From an uncultured Chthoniobacteraceae bacterium (GTDB lineage Bacteria; Verrucomicrobiota; Verrucomicrobiia; Chthoniobacterales; DYNR01): 64,000 nt of DNA. Each line of letters starts with the position of its first letter. Within the stretch, counting starts at the first letter, position 1. The DNA is taken from NCBI GenBank assembly GCA_964595865.1, contig CAZQRL010000003.1, forward strand, positions 174,083 to 238,082, given 5' to 3'. Shown in pieces: positions 9,816-18,399 of this stretch. The notes beneath the pieces are model-generated. The model was not told the DNA's origin. It ran no database searches and saw only the letters and a program-made list of their open reading frames with translations. Both the position numbers and the translations under genes were made by a program.

Positions 9816-11143
9816 GGTCTTTCAAAACAGTGGGGCTGGACAGCCAGTTGGTTTCGGGTTTTACTTCCCAGATCCCCAGCCGCCCCCAGCCGCACTTTTC
9901 AGCCTCCTCGAGTTTTTGTTGTTGGTCTGCCCGGCCTGAAACCCCAAATCCCCGCCACCGCCACCCGAGCGAGCAGGATCCAAGTCCAACACCCCTCCGG
10001 ACAGACCCACGTCGCCCGCCGTTGCACCATCACTTCGGCGAATGATACCCCCGCCCGCGATCCGGCCGAGTCCGCCCCGCTGGGTTCCAACGACGGCGCC
10101 ACTTGGACCACCCTTGACACCGGCGCCGGCGAGGTCTGCCACGCCCGCTTCCGGATCAAGACCTACGACTTTAGCAACAACACTGCCTACAACTACTACC
10201 GCCTGCGCATTGACCGCGTGGCCAACCCTGCGGGAGCCAACTCGGTCCAGCTTTCCAAGATCACCCTCCTCACCGTTCCGAACAACAACCTCGGTCCTGC
10301 CGTCTCCGCCGCCTCGCCCTCCGACTCTCCGAAAATCACCTGCCCCCTCGGCGGCAACTACAACGCCGGTGTCACGCCCGACGGCCAGGTCACCGGTTAT
10401 GGTCAAGCAGCTACCGTCGCCGCAAAAGGTCTCATTACCTACCACTCCCACGCCACCTACATCGGCCCACGGTGGGAGGTTGGCGAGGCTTCGCAGACGA
10501 GCATTGGTGATTCCGGCGTGCAAAAACCCCCTTCTCGCACCGTGCCGGAAATGCTGCCGAGTGGGAACGAGAACGGTCGCCCATAACCGCCTGCGCAAGC
10601 TCGGTTACGAGGTGAAACTTTCCGCCCACGAAGGCGGTCCTTCCGGCTTTGGCTTGCGTGCCCAGTCACCCGAGGAGGAACGTGCGGGTGAGTATTATGG
10701 CAAATCCGCCGCCATGGGCGCAGCGATCCTCGACGCCCGGCTCAACGCCTGGTCCCTCGGTTGGACACACCAGGCCTACCTGAGCTTTGGGCAGGGCCGC
10801 TGGTGGAACAGCCACACCAGCCGCAGCCAGGGGCACCGTCCCTCTCCTGGTTGGCTCGCCCAAACCCTCATCAACCGCCACGTTGCCAACGCCGATCTCC
10901 TCCCTGTGCCTAACCAGGACGCACCCGTTCGCGTACCGGACTTTATTCTTAATGAAGGTGCGTCGGCGCAGAATCGTGAGCTGGCAACTATTTTCGCCCA
11001 TTGGCGATCCTCGCGATACCAACCTCGACGACCCCAAGGTTGAGCTCGCCACCAATGACCTGCCCACCTCCAGCCTGCGCGATGGGGTCTTCACCGGCAC
11101 CGTCCCGCCAGACAAACCTGCGGTCTTCGTCTTCGAACCCTGA
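9816..11143 (+). pseudogene. decayed secreted-protein gene with an F5/8 type C (discoidin) domain; no start codon and at least two frame changes
   Basis: My own translation of the frame open 9816-10586 gives ...CTITSANDTPARDPAESAPLGSNDGATWTTLDTGAGEVCHARFRIKTYDFSNNTAYNYYRLRIDRVANPAGANSVQLSKITLL. No ATG/GTG/TTG occurs in this frame before 10218. Protein-like sequence then continues in a second frame (~10590-11043, LRKLGYEVKLSAHEGG...) and a third (~10990-11143, ...DPKVELATNDLPTSSLRDGVFTG). Confidence 0.5.
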
Positions 11144-11200
11144 TCTGCCGCCGACCTTTCCCGTTCGACCTGCGCTGCTTCTTAGGCTTGCGCCCAAACT

Positions 11201-13489
11201 TTGAATGAGGCTTCTTGGCAGCTCTCCGCTGCCATGCCGCACCCGACGCAAATCTTCCTTTCCAACCCGCAGGCGCTCCGCGCCGAGTATCTCCTCGATG
11301 ACGCCCGCCTCATCCTCTGGTGGTCGCCACTTGCGGGGCGCTCGACCGATTGCCTGGACCGCAATTATTCGAGCCGCGACGCGCATCTGGACGTCTTCGC
11401 TTCGATCACCTTCCCCGGCTGCGGGCTCGATGCGTTCGTCTCCTGCGATTATACTCCCTACCACTGCGTCCTTCGGTTCCGCGACCGCACCCTCCACCTC
11501 GCCCTTCCCGCTGACCAGCCGGCCGTGCTCCTCTGGTGCGACCAGCCGCAGGTCGTGGATTTCGCCTCGGACCGTTTTGACATCCTGCTGAGCCAGCCGC
11601 CTTACGGCCTCCTCCTGCGCCACGCCGAACCGCGCCACACCTTCCTCTTCGCCGCCGCGGTGGGGCATGGCACGGGCGCGTTCCGGCATTGTCACTTCCA
11701 CGTCGCCGAACAGCCGGTCTTTTCCCAGGCCCGCCTCGCGGCCAGTCAGCCCCTCTCCATCGGAGCCGGGCTCGCCGATGAACCGGTCTGGGACCGCGTG
11801 ACCTTGCTCGCCGCTGACGGCCCCGACGCGCTCCTCGCCGCCATCGAGCAAACCCTTGCGCCCGTCCTTGCCCAGGGCCGGGTCGTCTCCTCCCGCCACC
11901 TGCACCTGGCCGCACTCCGCGACAGCGTCGTCCGCGGGCTCCACAGCATGATTGACGAGAGCGGAGCCTTCCGCGCCTCGCTCAAATCCATCTATTATCT
12001 TCTCTGGATCCGCGACTCCGGCTTTTCCTTCGCCTACCAGGCCGCTGCGGGCTGGCCCCACAAACTCCCCGAACTCTGCCGGCTCCTCCTCGACAACCCC
12101 AACCACATCACCGACCCCGGCCTTCCCGCAGGTCGCATGTTCGGCCAGCTCATCCACCGCAAACTCGGCAAACTGGAGGAGGATGGCCTTTATTACGTCG
12201 TCTGGAGCCTGTTCACTCTCTGGACGCAGACCGGTCGCAGGGATTTCCTCTCTCCCGCCGACCACGCCTTGCTCGACGAAGCACTCGCCTGGGTCGAAAC
12301 CGTCACCTGGGACGCCGAGCGCGGCCTCTTTGGTGAATACACCGCCGACGAAACCGCCGCCCACGGCTCCCGCGACCAAGGCTGGGACTACGCCATCGGC
12401 CAGCCCGCCGGCGACGCCTGCATCCGCCACGAGGGCCGGCCCGTCGTGCGCAATTACGACGTCTATTTCAACGCCTGCATGCACAGCACCTACGTCATGC
12501 TCGCCGCTCTCCGCGACGACCCCGCCCTGCTCGCCAAAGCCGATCGCGTCTGGCCCGAGCTCGCTAAACTCCTCGCCGAGCGCGCGGACGGCATCCCCTG
12601 CTACGGCGAGCTGCTCCTCGAGGACGGCGCCCGCGTCCGCGCTCCCTACTGGGGGCCAGGCGTCGGCGCCAGTTGCTGCGTCTGGGGCCTTTCCATGCCA
12701 AATTTCCTCCCGCTTGCCGATTGGGACAGCGTCCACGCCGCCGTGCTCGACGCCCTCATCGCTAAACCCGAGATGCACTTCGTCAACGGCATCAACGCCG
12801 CCCTCGCCGCTGTGGACACCTGGTTTTATCCCGAGGAAAAATGCCTCGCCCTCCACGAGCGCCTCGCCGACGAAACCGCCCGCCCCGGCAAATTCCTCCC
12901 CATGGGCGGTGCGATGCCCGAAAAATTCGGCGCGCCCGAGGGCAATATCTACCACGACATCCGTCCGCAAGGCTTCGCCATGGGCTCCTGGCTCGCCGCA
13001 TGGAGCAGCCTCGGCCTGCGCCGCCTCCCTTACGGCCTCGCGCTGCGCCCCACGGCCGCGTTCGACTGCATCGAAAATTACCCCTGGCGCGGCAACAACC
13101 TCCACTTCTTCTTCGGCCCGCCCCCGGGCACGCGCAATCTTGCCCTGGACATTGACGGCCAAGTCATCCGCGGCACGCTGCAAGTGCCCGAAGCAACCCT
13201 CCGCGACGGCTCCGTCATCCGCCTCGTCCAAGACTTTGCGGAACCCGCCGCACCCCTTCTCCTCCGTTCCAGTTTCCGCCTCCTGGGCGTCCGCGAAACC
13301 AACGGCACCCGCACTTATGAAGGCGAAGCCTTCGGCCTGACCCGGCTCACCTTTGACAAATCCTTGGCAAATCCGCCGGTGCTGGATGGAACTGGTCTTG
13401 CTCTGGAGGTTCAGATTCACGAATCCGATGGACTTCTCCACTTGGATTTTACCGCCTTTGGCCAGATCGAAGTTCGGCTGGAAGTCTGA
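11201..13489 (+). CDS. uncharacterised 762-aa protein with a six-hairpin (alpha/alpha)6 glycosidase-like core
   Basis: Long intact ORF (alternative start 11234). YYLLWIRDSGFSFAYQAAAG and repeated aromatic/acidic helix-pair motifs are reminiscent of the GH15/GH63/GDE-type barrels. The C-terminal ~150 aa look beta-rich. The family assignment is not secure. Confidence 0.6.
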   Translation: MNEASWQLSAAMPHPTQIFLSNPQALRAEYLLDDARLILWWSPLAGRSTDCLDRNYSSRDAHLDVFASITFPGCGLDAFVSCDYTPYHCVLRFRDRTLHLALPADQPAVLLWCDQPQVVDFASDRFDILLSQPPYGLLLRHAEPRHTFLFAAAVGHGTGAFRHCHFHVAEQPVFSQARLAASQPLSIGAGLADEPVWDRVTLLAADGPDALLAAIEQTLAPVLAQGRVVSSRHLHLAALRDSVVRGLHSMIDESGAFRASLKSIYYLLWIRDSGFSFAYQAAAGWPHKLPELCRLLLDNPNHITDPGLPAGRMFGQLIHRKLGKLEEDGLYYVVWSLFTLWTQTGRRDFLSPADHALLDEALAWVETVTWDAERGLFGEYTADETAAHGSRDQGWDYAIGQPAGDACIRHEGRPVVRNYDVYFNACMHSTYVMLAALRDDPALLAKADRVWPELAKLLAERADGIPCYGELLLEDGARVRAPYWGPGVGASCCVWGLSMPNFLPLADWDSVHAAVLDALIAKPEMHFVNGINAALAAVDTWFYPEEKCLALHERLADETARPGKFLPMGGAMPEKFGAPEGNIYHDIRPQGFAMGSWLAAWSSLGLRRLPYGLALRPTAAFDCIENYPWRGNNLHFFFGPPPGTRNLALDIDGQVIRGTLQVPEATLRDGSVIRLVQDFAEPAAPLLLRSSFRLLGVRETNGTRTYEGEAFGLTRLTFDKSLANPPVLDGTGLALEVQIHESDGLLHLDFTAFGQIEVRLEV
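11232..11263 (+). repeat. copy A of a ~30-nt duplicated motif (ccatgCCGcacccgacgcaAatcttcctTtcc)
   Basis: Matches 15923..15951 with 2 substitutions and one 3-nt indel. Both copies encode M(P)HPTQIFLS. Confidence 0.6.
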
Positions 13490-13627
13490 GGATTGCCAGC
13501 CCCATGGCAGGCTCAAAACAGACTGATCCTGAAGCGCTTTTTCTGCAAACCAGATAAGGGTGTCTTGTTCTCAGAGAGGGAACTTCCTGAGACCAGGCTT
13601 GTGCGATAATTTGCAGCGTTTTGCAGT

Positions 13628-14470
13628 TTGCCTCGCCTGAAACAGCGCAGAGCTCTGGCAGAGCGGCAGCAAGAGGGACTGCGCAAGGTCTTCGACACCA
13701 TCGACAATCTCCGGCAGGCGGCCATCCATCTAGCCTACGCGGACCTTTTTGGGTTTGCCCATTTCGAGAAAATCTACGCCCGGGACGGAGAAGATCCGTG
13801 GGCTGTCAGGGAGCTGCGCATCGTCCCGCAGTGGCACATGCGGCGGCGCGGGCTCTCCCAGCCATGGACCGACGACGTGGAGGCCCGCAACAATAACGTC
13901 GGCACGCCGATCCCCGCCGCTCATTGGATGTGGCGTGAGGTTGATGATCTAGCCTGCGAAATCTTCGCCCTGGCTTTCCTCAAAATGAGCACGACGGATG
14001 CGGACTGGGATCAATTCTGCGACACCTACGCCGTCCCGCCGATCTTCGTCGAGCAGCCGCCAAACGTCCCACGCGGCCGCGAGGACGAATACCAGCAAAC
14101 CGCCGAGGCCATCGTCAGCAACGGGAGCGGCAGCCTGCCCAATGGCGCGAAGGTCCACACCCTCACACCCGGCGGGGCAGGCGCGAGCGTCTTCACCGAG
14201 CGCCTGCGATATTACCGCGAGGAGATTGTCCTGGCTGGAACGGGCGGCATCCTCACCACGCTCGATGGCGCGACCGGTCTCGGCAAAGGTCCGACCGATG
14301 CCCACGATGACACCTGGCTGGACATCGCCGCCGACATTTGCGGCCAGGTGAGCGACGTTTTCTATCGCGGGATTTGCCAGCCGTAGCTGGAGCGGAATTT
14401 CCCAGGGGATGAGCGGCCTGCTTATTTCGAGTATGAAAAGCCGCTTCGGGAGGCCCTACCCGCCTTTTGA
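13628..14470 (+). pseudogene. Mu gp29-like portal protein (DUF935) fragment
   Basis: The ORF begins at TTG with a stop immediately upstream in frame. It covers only the middle and C-terminal part of a ~500-aa family (ERLRYYREEIVLAGTGGILTTLDGATGLGKGPTDAHDD). An in-frame TAG at 14384 is followed by the expected continuation LERNFPGDERPAYFEYEKP. Confidence 0.55.
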
Positions 14471-15017
14471 CTACAATTCCGGCATGGACCTGCGCGACAT
14501 CGACCGGGCAGCAGCCGAGGCTCTCGGGCTGGTTCAGCCGGGCGAAGTCCTTCAGCCAGGCCTCGATCGCGAGGAGGAAGTCATGGAGGCGGGCCTGCAA
14601 AAAGACCTCGAACTTCCCGGCATGCGCGAGGCGCTGGAGAGTGTCTTTGGCAACCAAATCCGACTCACAGACGATGGGCGGGCCGTGTGGCGGGGCGGCG
14701 GCGATGCAGCCGCCCGTGCCGCCATGGGTCGGGCGGGTGACTGGCAATCTCTCAACCTGCGCCCCGTGGCCGAGATCCCGCCAGACCCCGCCCCGGCGGT
14801 GCTGGAGGTCGAGCAAGCCCGCGCAAAACTCACCCAGCCTTACGAGGTGACCACACCCCTGGGGGACCGCGCCAAGCTAGGACCTGAGCTCCTGCAGCAC
14901 TGGGAGGCAAAAGGGAGAACCACACTGGATCAAGAAAACCGGCTCAGATTTCTCGCCGCTGCTGGCACTCCCGTTGGCAGAATGCACCTCACCGCGCCAA
15001 AGCCCTCATGCAAATAG
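14409..15017 (+). pseudogene. possible Mu F (gp30)/SPP1 gp7-type head morphogenesis protein, C-terminal fragment
   Basis: Begins with GRPYPPFDYNSGMDLRDID, which resembles the end of the Mu-F domain as I remember it. Its position between the portal and scaffold fragments fits Mu gene order. The N-terminal domain is missing. Confidence 0.35.
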
Positions 15018-15587
15018 AAAACTCTCTACACTCTCTAGATCAAAAATGAGATGAGCAACCAGGCCGTCACCATTATCGGCGACAAGGAAACCGCCGCCGC
15101 CGCAGAAGGTGCCGGAAATGCGACCGAGCTGCAAACCCAGCTCACCACGCTGCAGGCGGCATTTGAAGAAATCCAGGCGAAATACAACGCCGTCGCGTCC
15201 GAACTGGCCACCCTCAAAGCCGGTGAGGCCGAAAAGGAAATCGCCGCCCTGCTCGCCCCCTACGCCGGCCTTATCACCGACGACGCGGCCCGCACCGCCC
15301 TGCGCGATCTCATGCAGGTCAACCGCGAAGCTGGCCTTGCCCTTCTCAAGTGTATGCAGCCCGCTGCCGCTGCTTCCACGGAAGCCCCCGCCACCCCTCC
15401 CGCTCCCATGCACGATCCCGCCAATGCGTCATCCGAGGCTCCCGATGCCGCCGCCCGCGCCTACGCTGCCTGGGCCGGAAAACGCCTCCCCACCGAGGAG
15501 GAATGGCAAGCCGCTGCCCAGGGCCCTGAACACCGCGTCTGGCCCTGGGGCGGCGCCGAGCCCGACCCCACCCGCTGCAACCACGCC

Positions 15588-15620
15588 ACCACCGGCACCA
15601 CCGGCACCACCGGCACCACC
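15588..15620 (+). repeat. 9-bp tandem repeat (ACCACCGGC, about 3.7 copies)
   Basis: Read directly from the sequence. It encodes TTGTTGTTGTT inside the FGE-domain fragment. Confidence 0.9.
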
Positions 15621-15885
15621 CCCGTGGACGCCTTCCCCGCCGGCCGCACCCCCGAGGGCGTCTGGGACCTCTCCGGCAACGTCTGGGAACTCACCGACAG
15701 CGAACGCACCGACGGCCACACCCGCTACCATATCCTCAAGGGCGGCTCCTGGTTCCACGTCGCCAACTCCCACTGGCTCTTCGACACCGGCGCCCGCCCC
15801 GCCGACTGGGGCTCCAAACAGCTCCTCCTCTGCGAAGCCTGGGACCGCGCCCCCACCATCGGCTTCCGCTGCGCCCTCTCCCTGA

Positions 15886-16150
15886 GACCAGTTTCCCACT
15901 ACGCTGCGCCGCCCTCCCTTCCCCATGCACCCGACGCAGATCTTCCTCTCCTTCATGCCGCAGCAGGTCTCCGGCTTGCGGTATGTTGTGCAAGCGAGCA
16001 CCGACCTGACTGATTGGTCGGATCGTTCCGACCGCACCGCTCTCCTGACTCTCGGCCAACCCTTCACCTTCAACAATTCCGAGAACCTCGACCTCACCTC
16101 GCGGCGTTTCCTCCGATTGCGGATCAGCCTCTGCGAAGATCTGTCCAGGC
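15886..16150 (+). pseudogene. orphaned C-terminal beta-sandwich domain fragment (..LRYVVQASTDLTDWSD...RRFLRLRISL)
   Basis: Lies in a different frame from the FGE fragment. The motif pattern (Y-x-V-Q-x-S-T-D-L-x-x-W ... R-F-x-R-L-R) is typical of C-terminal domains of secreted Verrucomicrobia/Planctomycetes proteins. There is no stop until 16665, so the frame runs antisense into the next gene. Confidence 0.4.
15923..15951 (+). repeat. copy B of the ~30-nt duplicated motif (ccatgcacccgacgcaGatcttcctCtcc)
   Basis: See copy A at 11232..11263. Confidence 0.6.
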
Positions 16151-16152
16151 TC

Positions 16153-17190
16153 TCAAGCGCCTTCGGCGGGAGGGCGCAAGCGGGATTGTCTTTTAGCCAA
16201 CTCTTGCATGTCCACCGCCACGTCGTCGTTTTCGTAAAACTCGCGACCGATAAAAAACTCAAACAAGTCTTCGAGCGTCACCACGCCGGCAAAGCCACCG
16301 AACTCATCCACGACCAAGGCCAGTTGCTGATGTCGCGTGACCAGCAACTCCATGGCGGCAGAAAGATTGCCGACCTCGGGCACGATGACCGGTGGCTGCA
16401 TGAAGTCGCGCACTTTACGGGCGGATTGTCCCTGGAGGATGGCCTGCAAGACATCCCGCCGCCGCACCACGCCGATGATATCATCAGGCACTTCGCCCAT
16501 CACGGGCATCCGGCCAAAACGCAGCTCCCCCAGCCGCGCCACCAATTCCCCGATCGTCTCCTCCGCCTCCGCCGTGGTGACGACACGACGCGGGGTCATT
16601 ACTTGTCCGACTTTGGTTTGCTCCAGGCTGAGTGCGGATTGCAAGAGGCGCAGCTGATTATGTGACATGCGGCGGGCGCGCACTTCGCGTTCGGCGAGCA
16701 TGAGGATTTCTTCACCGCCGGGAGCTTCTTCGGGGCGGCGAAGGATTTTCCGGATGAGCCAGGAGCTGAAGTTGGTCAGCGGTCCAGCGAGCAGGTAGAT
16801 TAGGTAAAGAGGGAAGACGAGGATCGGCTGCAACTTTCGGCGGTAAAGCACACCGATGTTTTTTGGAATGATCTCGGAGAAAAAGAGGATTGCCAAGGTC
16901 ATGAGAGCTGAGACCAACCCCAACCAGAGATCTCCAAAAGTCCGGGTCGCCAAAACCCCGACCATGATCGAGCCGGCGGTATTGGCGACCGTGTTGACCG
17001 TGAGGATGGCCGCGATGGTGCCTTCCAGATCTTCCCGGAAGAGCCGCAGGAGTGCTCCGGCTCGCGGACTACTTTGGCAGAGTTTTTCCACCTCGACCCG
17101 CCGGGTGCTGAGAATCATGGCCTCCAAAACCGAGCACAGGGCGGAGACCGCCAAGGTGAAGCCTACCGCAAGAAAGAACAGCAGGAGCAT
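16153..17190 (-). CDS. CNNM/DUF21 transmembrane domain plus CBS-pair protein (HlyC/CorC-type, no CorC_HlyC tail)
   Basis: 345 aa. An N-terminal 4-TM DUF21 domain (FSEIIPKNIG) is followed by two CBS motifs (VGQVMTPRRVV..., ALVVDEFGGFAGVVTLEDL). Confidence 0.85.
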   Translation of the reverse strand: MLLLFFLAVGFTLAVSALCSVLEAMILSTRRVEVEKLCQSSPRAGALLRLFREDLEGTIAAILTVNTVANTAGSIMVGVLATRTFGDLWLGLVSALMTLAILFFSEIIPKNIGVLYRRKLQPILVFPLYLIYLLAGPLTNFSSWLIRKILRRPEEAPGGEEILMLAEREVRARRMSHNQLRLLQSALSLEQTKVGQVMTPRRVVTTAEAEETIGELVARLGELRFGRMPVMGEVPDDIIGVVRRRDVLQAILQGQSARKVRDFMQPPVIVPEVGNLSAAMELLVTRHQQLALVVDEFGGFAGVVTLEDLFEFFIGREFYENDDVAVDMQELAKRQSRLRPPAEGA

Positions 17191-17196
17191 GGGGTG

Positions 17197-18399
17197 CTAG
17201 TCGGTGGTGGGCGGGGTAGGGGGAGGGAGCAGTTTAGGTGGCTCAGCGGGCGGGGCGAGGAACCGCACCGTGCGATCCGAGCGAGGAAATCGCAGAGTCA
17301 CTGTGAGCCCGTGGCCCTCATCGCTATGCAGCGCAATCTCGCCACCGTGGGAACGCACAATGCGCTGCACGATCATCAGTCCGAGTCCCGAGCCTTCGGC
17401 TTTGGTGCTGAAATACGGCTCAAAAATGCGTTGCAGCTGATCGGCGGGAATGCCCCCTCCGGTATCGGCAAAGGAGATCCAGCCGTGCGTCTCGTCATGC
17501 CCCGTGCGAATGCGCAGGATGCCGCCCGCAGCCATGGCCTGAAAGCTATTCCGCAGGATATTGTAAAACGCCTGCTTGATTTGGTCGGGGTCGAGGGGGA
17601 GCAGTGGGGGGTCGGGATCGAGTTCGGTTTCGAGCAAGAGATCGCGGTCCCGAATTTCTGGACCTAAAAACTGCAGAGCCTCCTCCAGGATCGGGTTCAG
17701 GGCCAGCGGCACTGGAGCAGTGGGCTGGGGGCGCACCGCGCGCAAAAACCGGGTAATGATGGCGTCCAAGCGCGTGATTTCCTGGCGTGCGACTTGGATG
17801 GATTCCTCGAGGGGGGCCCGCTGCCGGGCGCTGAGTTTGCTGATTTTGCGTTGTAGAAGCTGCAGATGGATGCCGAGGGAGTTGAGGGGGTTCCCGATTT
17901 CGTGCGCCACCCCTGCCGCCAGCAGCGTCAAGGCCGAGAAGCGTTCGCTTTCGATGGTCTCCTCGGTGGAACGGCGGCTTTCGGTAATATCCCGCAGAAT
18001 GATGGCCTGTCCCTCGATGGGGGCGGTGGGCTCTTGGCTGCTGGCCAGGGGCACGACATAAAAGTTCAGCATCCGATGGACGGGGTAAAAGACTTCCAGA
18101 TCACGGCTGAAAATTTCGCGGCTGTGCGTCGGGGATTGCCATTCAAGACCTCGCACCAGGTGGGAGAGGACCTGCCCGGTTGCGGTGGAGAGATCCAAGC
18201 CGAAGAAGCCAGCCGCAGCGCGATTGATGTAGCTGATACGCCCGTCCGGCCCGGTGACGATAACGCCCTCCAAGATGGCGTTGAAAATCGTCTCGAGGAA
18301 GCTCTTCTCGCGCGCCAGATCCGCGAGAAAATTTTGCACATCGCCCGGCTGCACCCGCTGCAGCCGGTCGAGAAATTTTTCCAGGAATCCGCGTTTCAC
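17197..18399 (-). CDS. soluble PAS-domain sensor histidine kinase (NtrB/AtoS-like)
   Basis: 400 aa with no TM segments. PAS domain (ILEGVIVTGPDGRISYINRAAAGFFG), H-box HEIGNPLNSL, N-box YNILRNSFQAM, G-boxes DTGGGI and GSGLGL. The GTG start overlaps the sco stop (GTGA). Confidence 0.85.
   Translation of the reverse strand: MKRGFLEKFLDRLQRVQPGDVQNFLADLAREKSFLETIFNAILEGVIVTGPDGRISYINRAAAGFFGLDLSTATGQVLSHLVRGLEWQSPTHSREIFSRDLEVFYPVHRMLNFYVVPLASSQEPTAPIEGQAIILRDITESRRSTEETIESERFSALTLLAAGVAHEIGNPLNSLGIHLQLLQRKISKLSARQRAPLEESIQVARQEITRLDAIITRFLRAVRPQPTAPVPLALNPILEEALQFLGPEIRDRDLLLETELDPDPPLLPLDPDQIKQAFYNILRNSFQAMAAGGILRIRTGHDETHGWISFADTGGGIPADQLQRIFEPYFSTKAEGSGLGLMIVQRIVRSHGGEIALHSDEGHGLTVTLRFPRSDRTVRFLAPPAEPPKLLPPPTPPTTD

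Larger units (their letters stand above)
13628..15440 (+). mobile_element. degraded Mu-like prophage head-module remnant (portal, F and I fragments only)
   Basis: Fragments appear in canonical Mu order (gp29 portal, gp30/F, gpI scaffold). All are truncated, with an in-frame stop and frame changes. No transposase, terminase or capsid gene remains. Confidence 0.55.
15051..16013 (+). pseudogene. chimeric ORF: Mu gpI-like scaffold tail fused in frame to the C-terminal half of an FGE-sulfatase (SUMF1) domain
   Basis: aa 1-~130 form a coiled coil and a GLITDDAARTALRDLMQVNREAGLALL scaffold-like tail. aa ~134-285 carry FGE motifs (WAGKRLPTEEEWQAAAQG, VWPWG, GVWDLSGNVWELT, ILKGGSW, IGFRCA), but the N-terminal half of the FGE domain is absent. 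The last ~45 codons look like out-of-frame read-through. Confidence 0.55.

Noticed and set aside
10042-11043. 333-aa Pro/Thr/Ser-rich ORF. Similar P/S/T/A-rich ORFs lie at 11952..13340 and 15109..15885.
   Set aside because: The low-complexity N-terminal parts are out-of-frame readings of regions whose other frame carries clear domain signatures (discoidin, glycosidase-like, FGE). Only the 3' part of 10042..11043 looks coding, and it is treated as part of the frameshifted pseudogene.
15018-15050. Near-tandem CTCTCTACA/CTCTCTAGA just upstream of the chimeric ORF, considered as a phage end or regulatory repeat.
   Set aside because: It consists of only two short imperfect units and does not resemble the Mu end sequences I can recall.
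15588-15620. Short tandem repeat considered as a possible CRISPR or minisatellite.
   Set aside because: It is a contiguous 9-bp unit without spacers, lying inside a coding fragment. It is a simple microsatellite. No CRISPR-like repeat-spacer architecture exists anywhere in the window.
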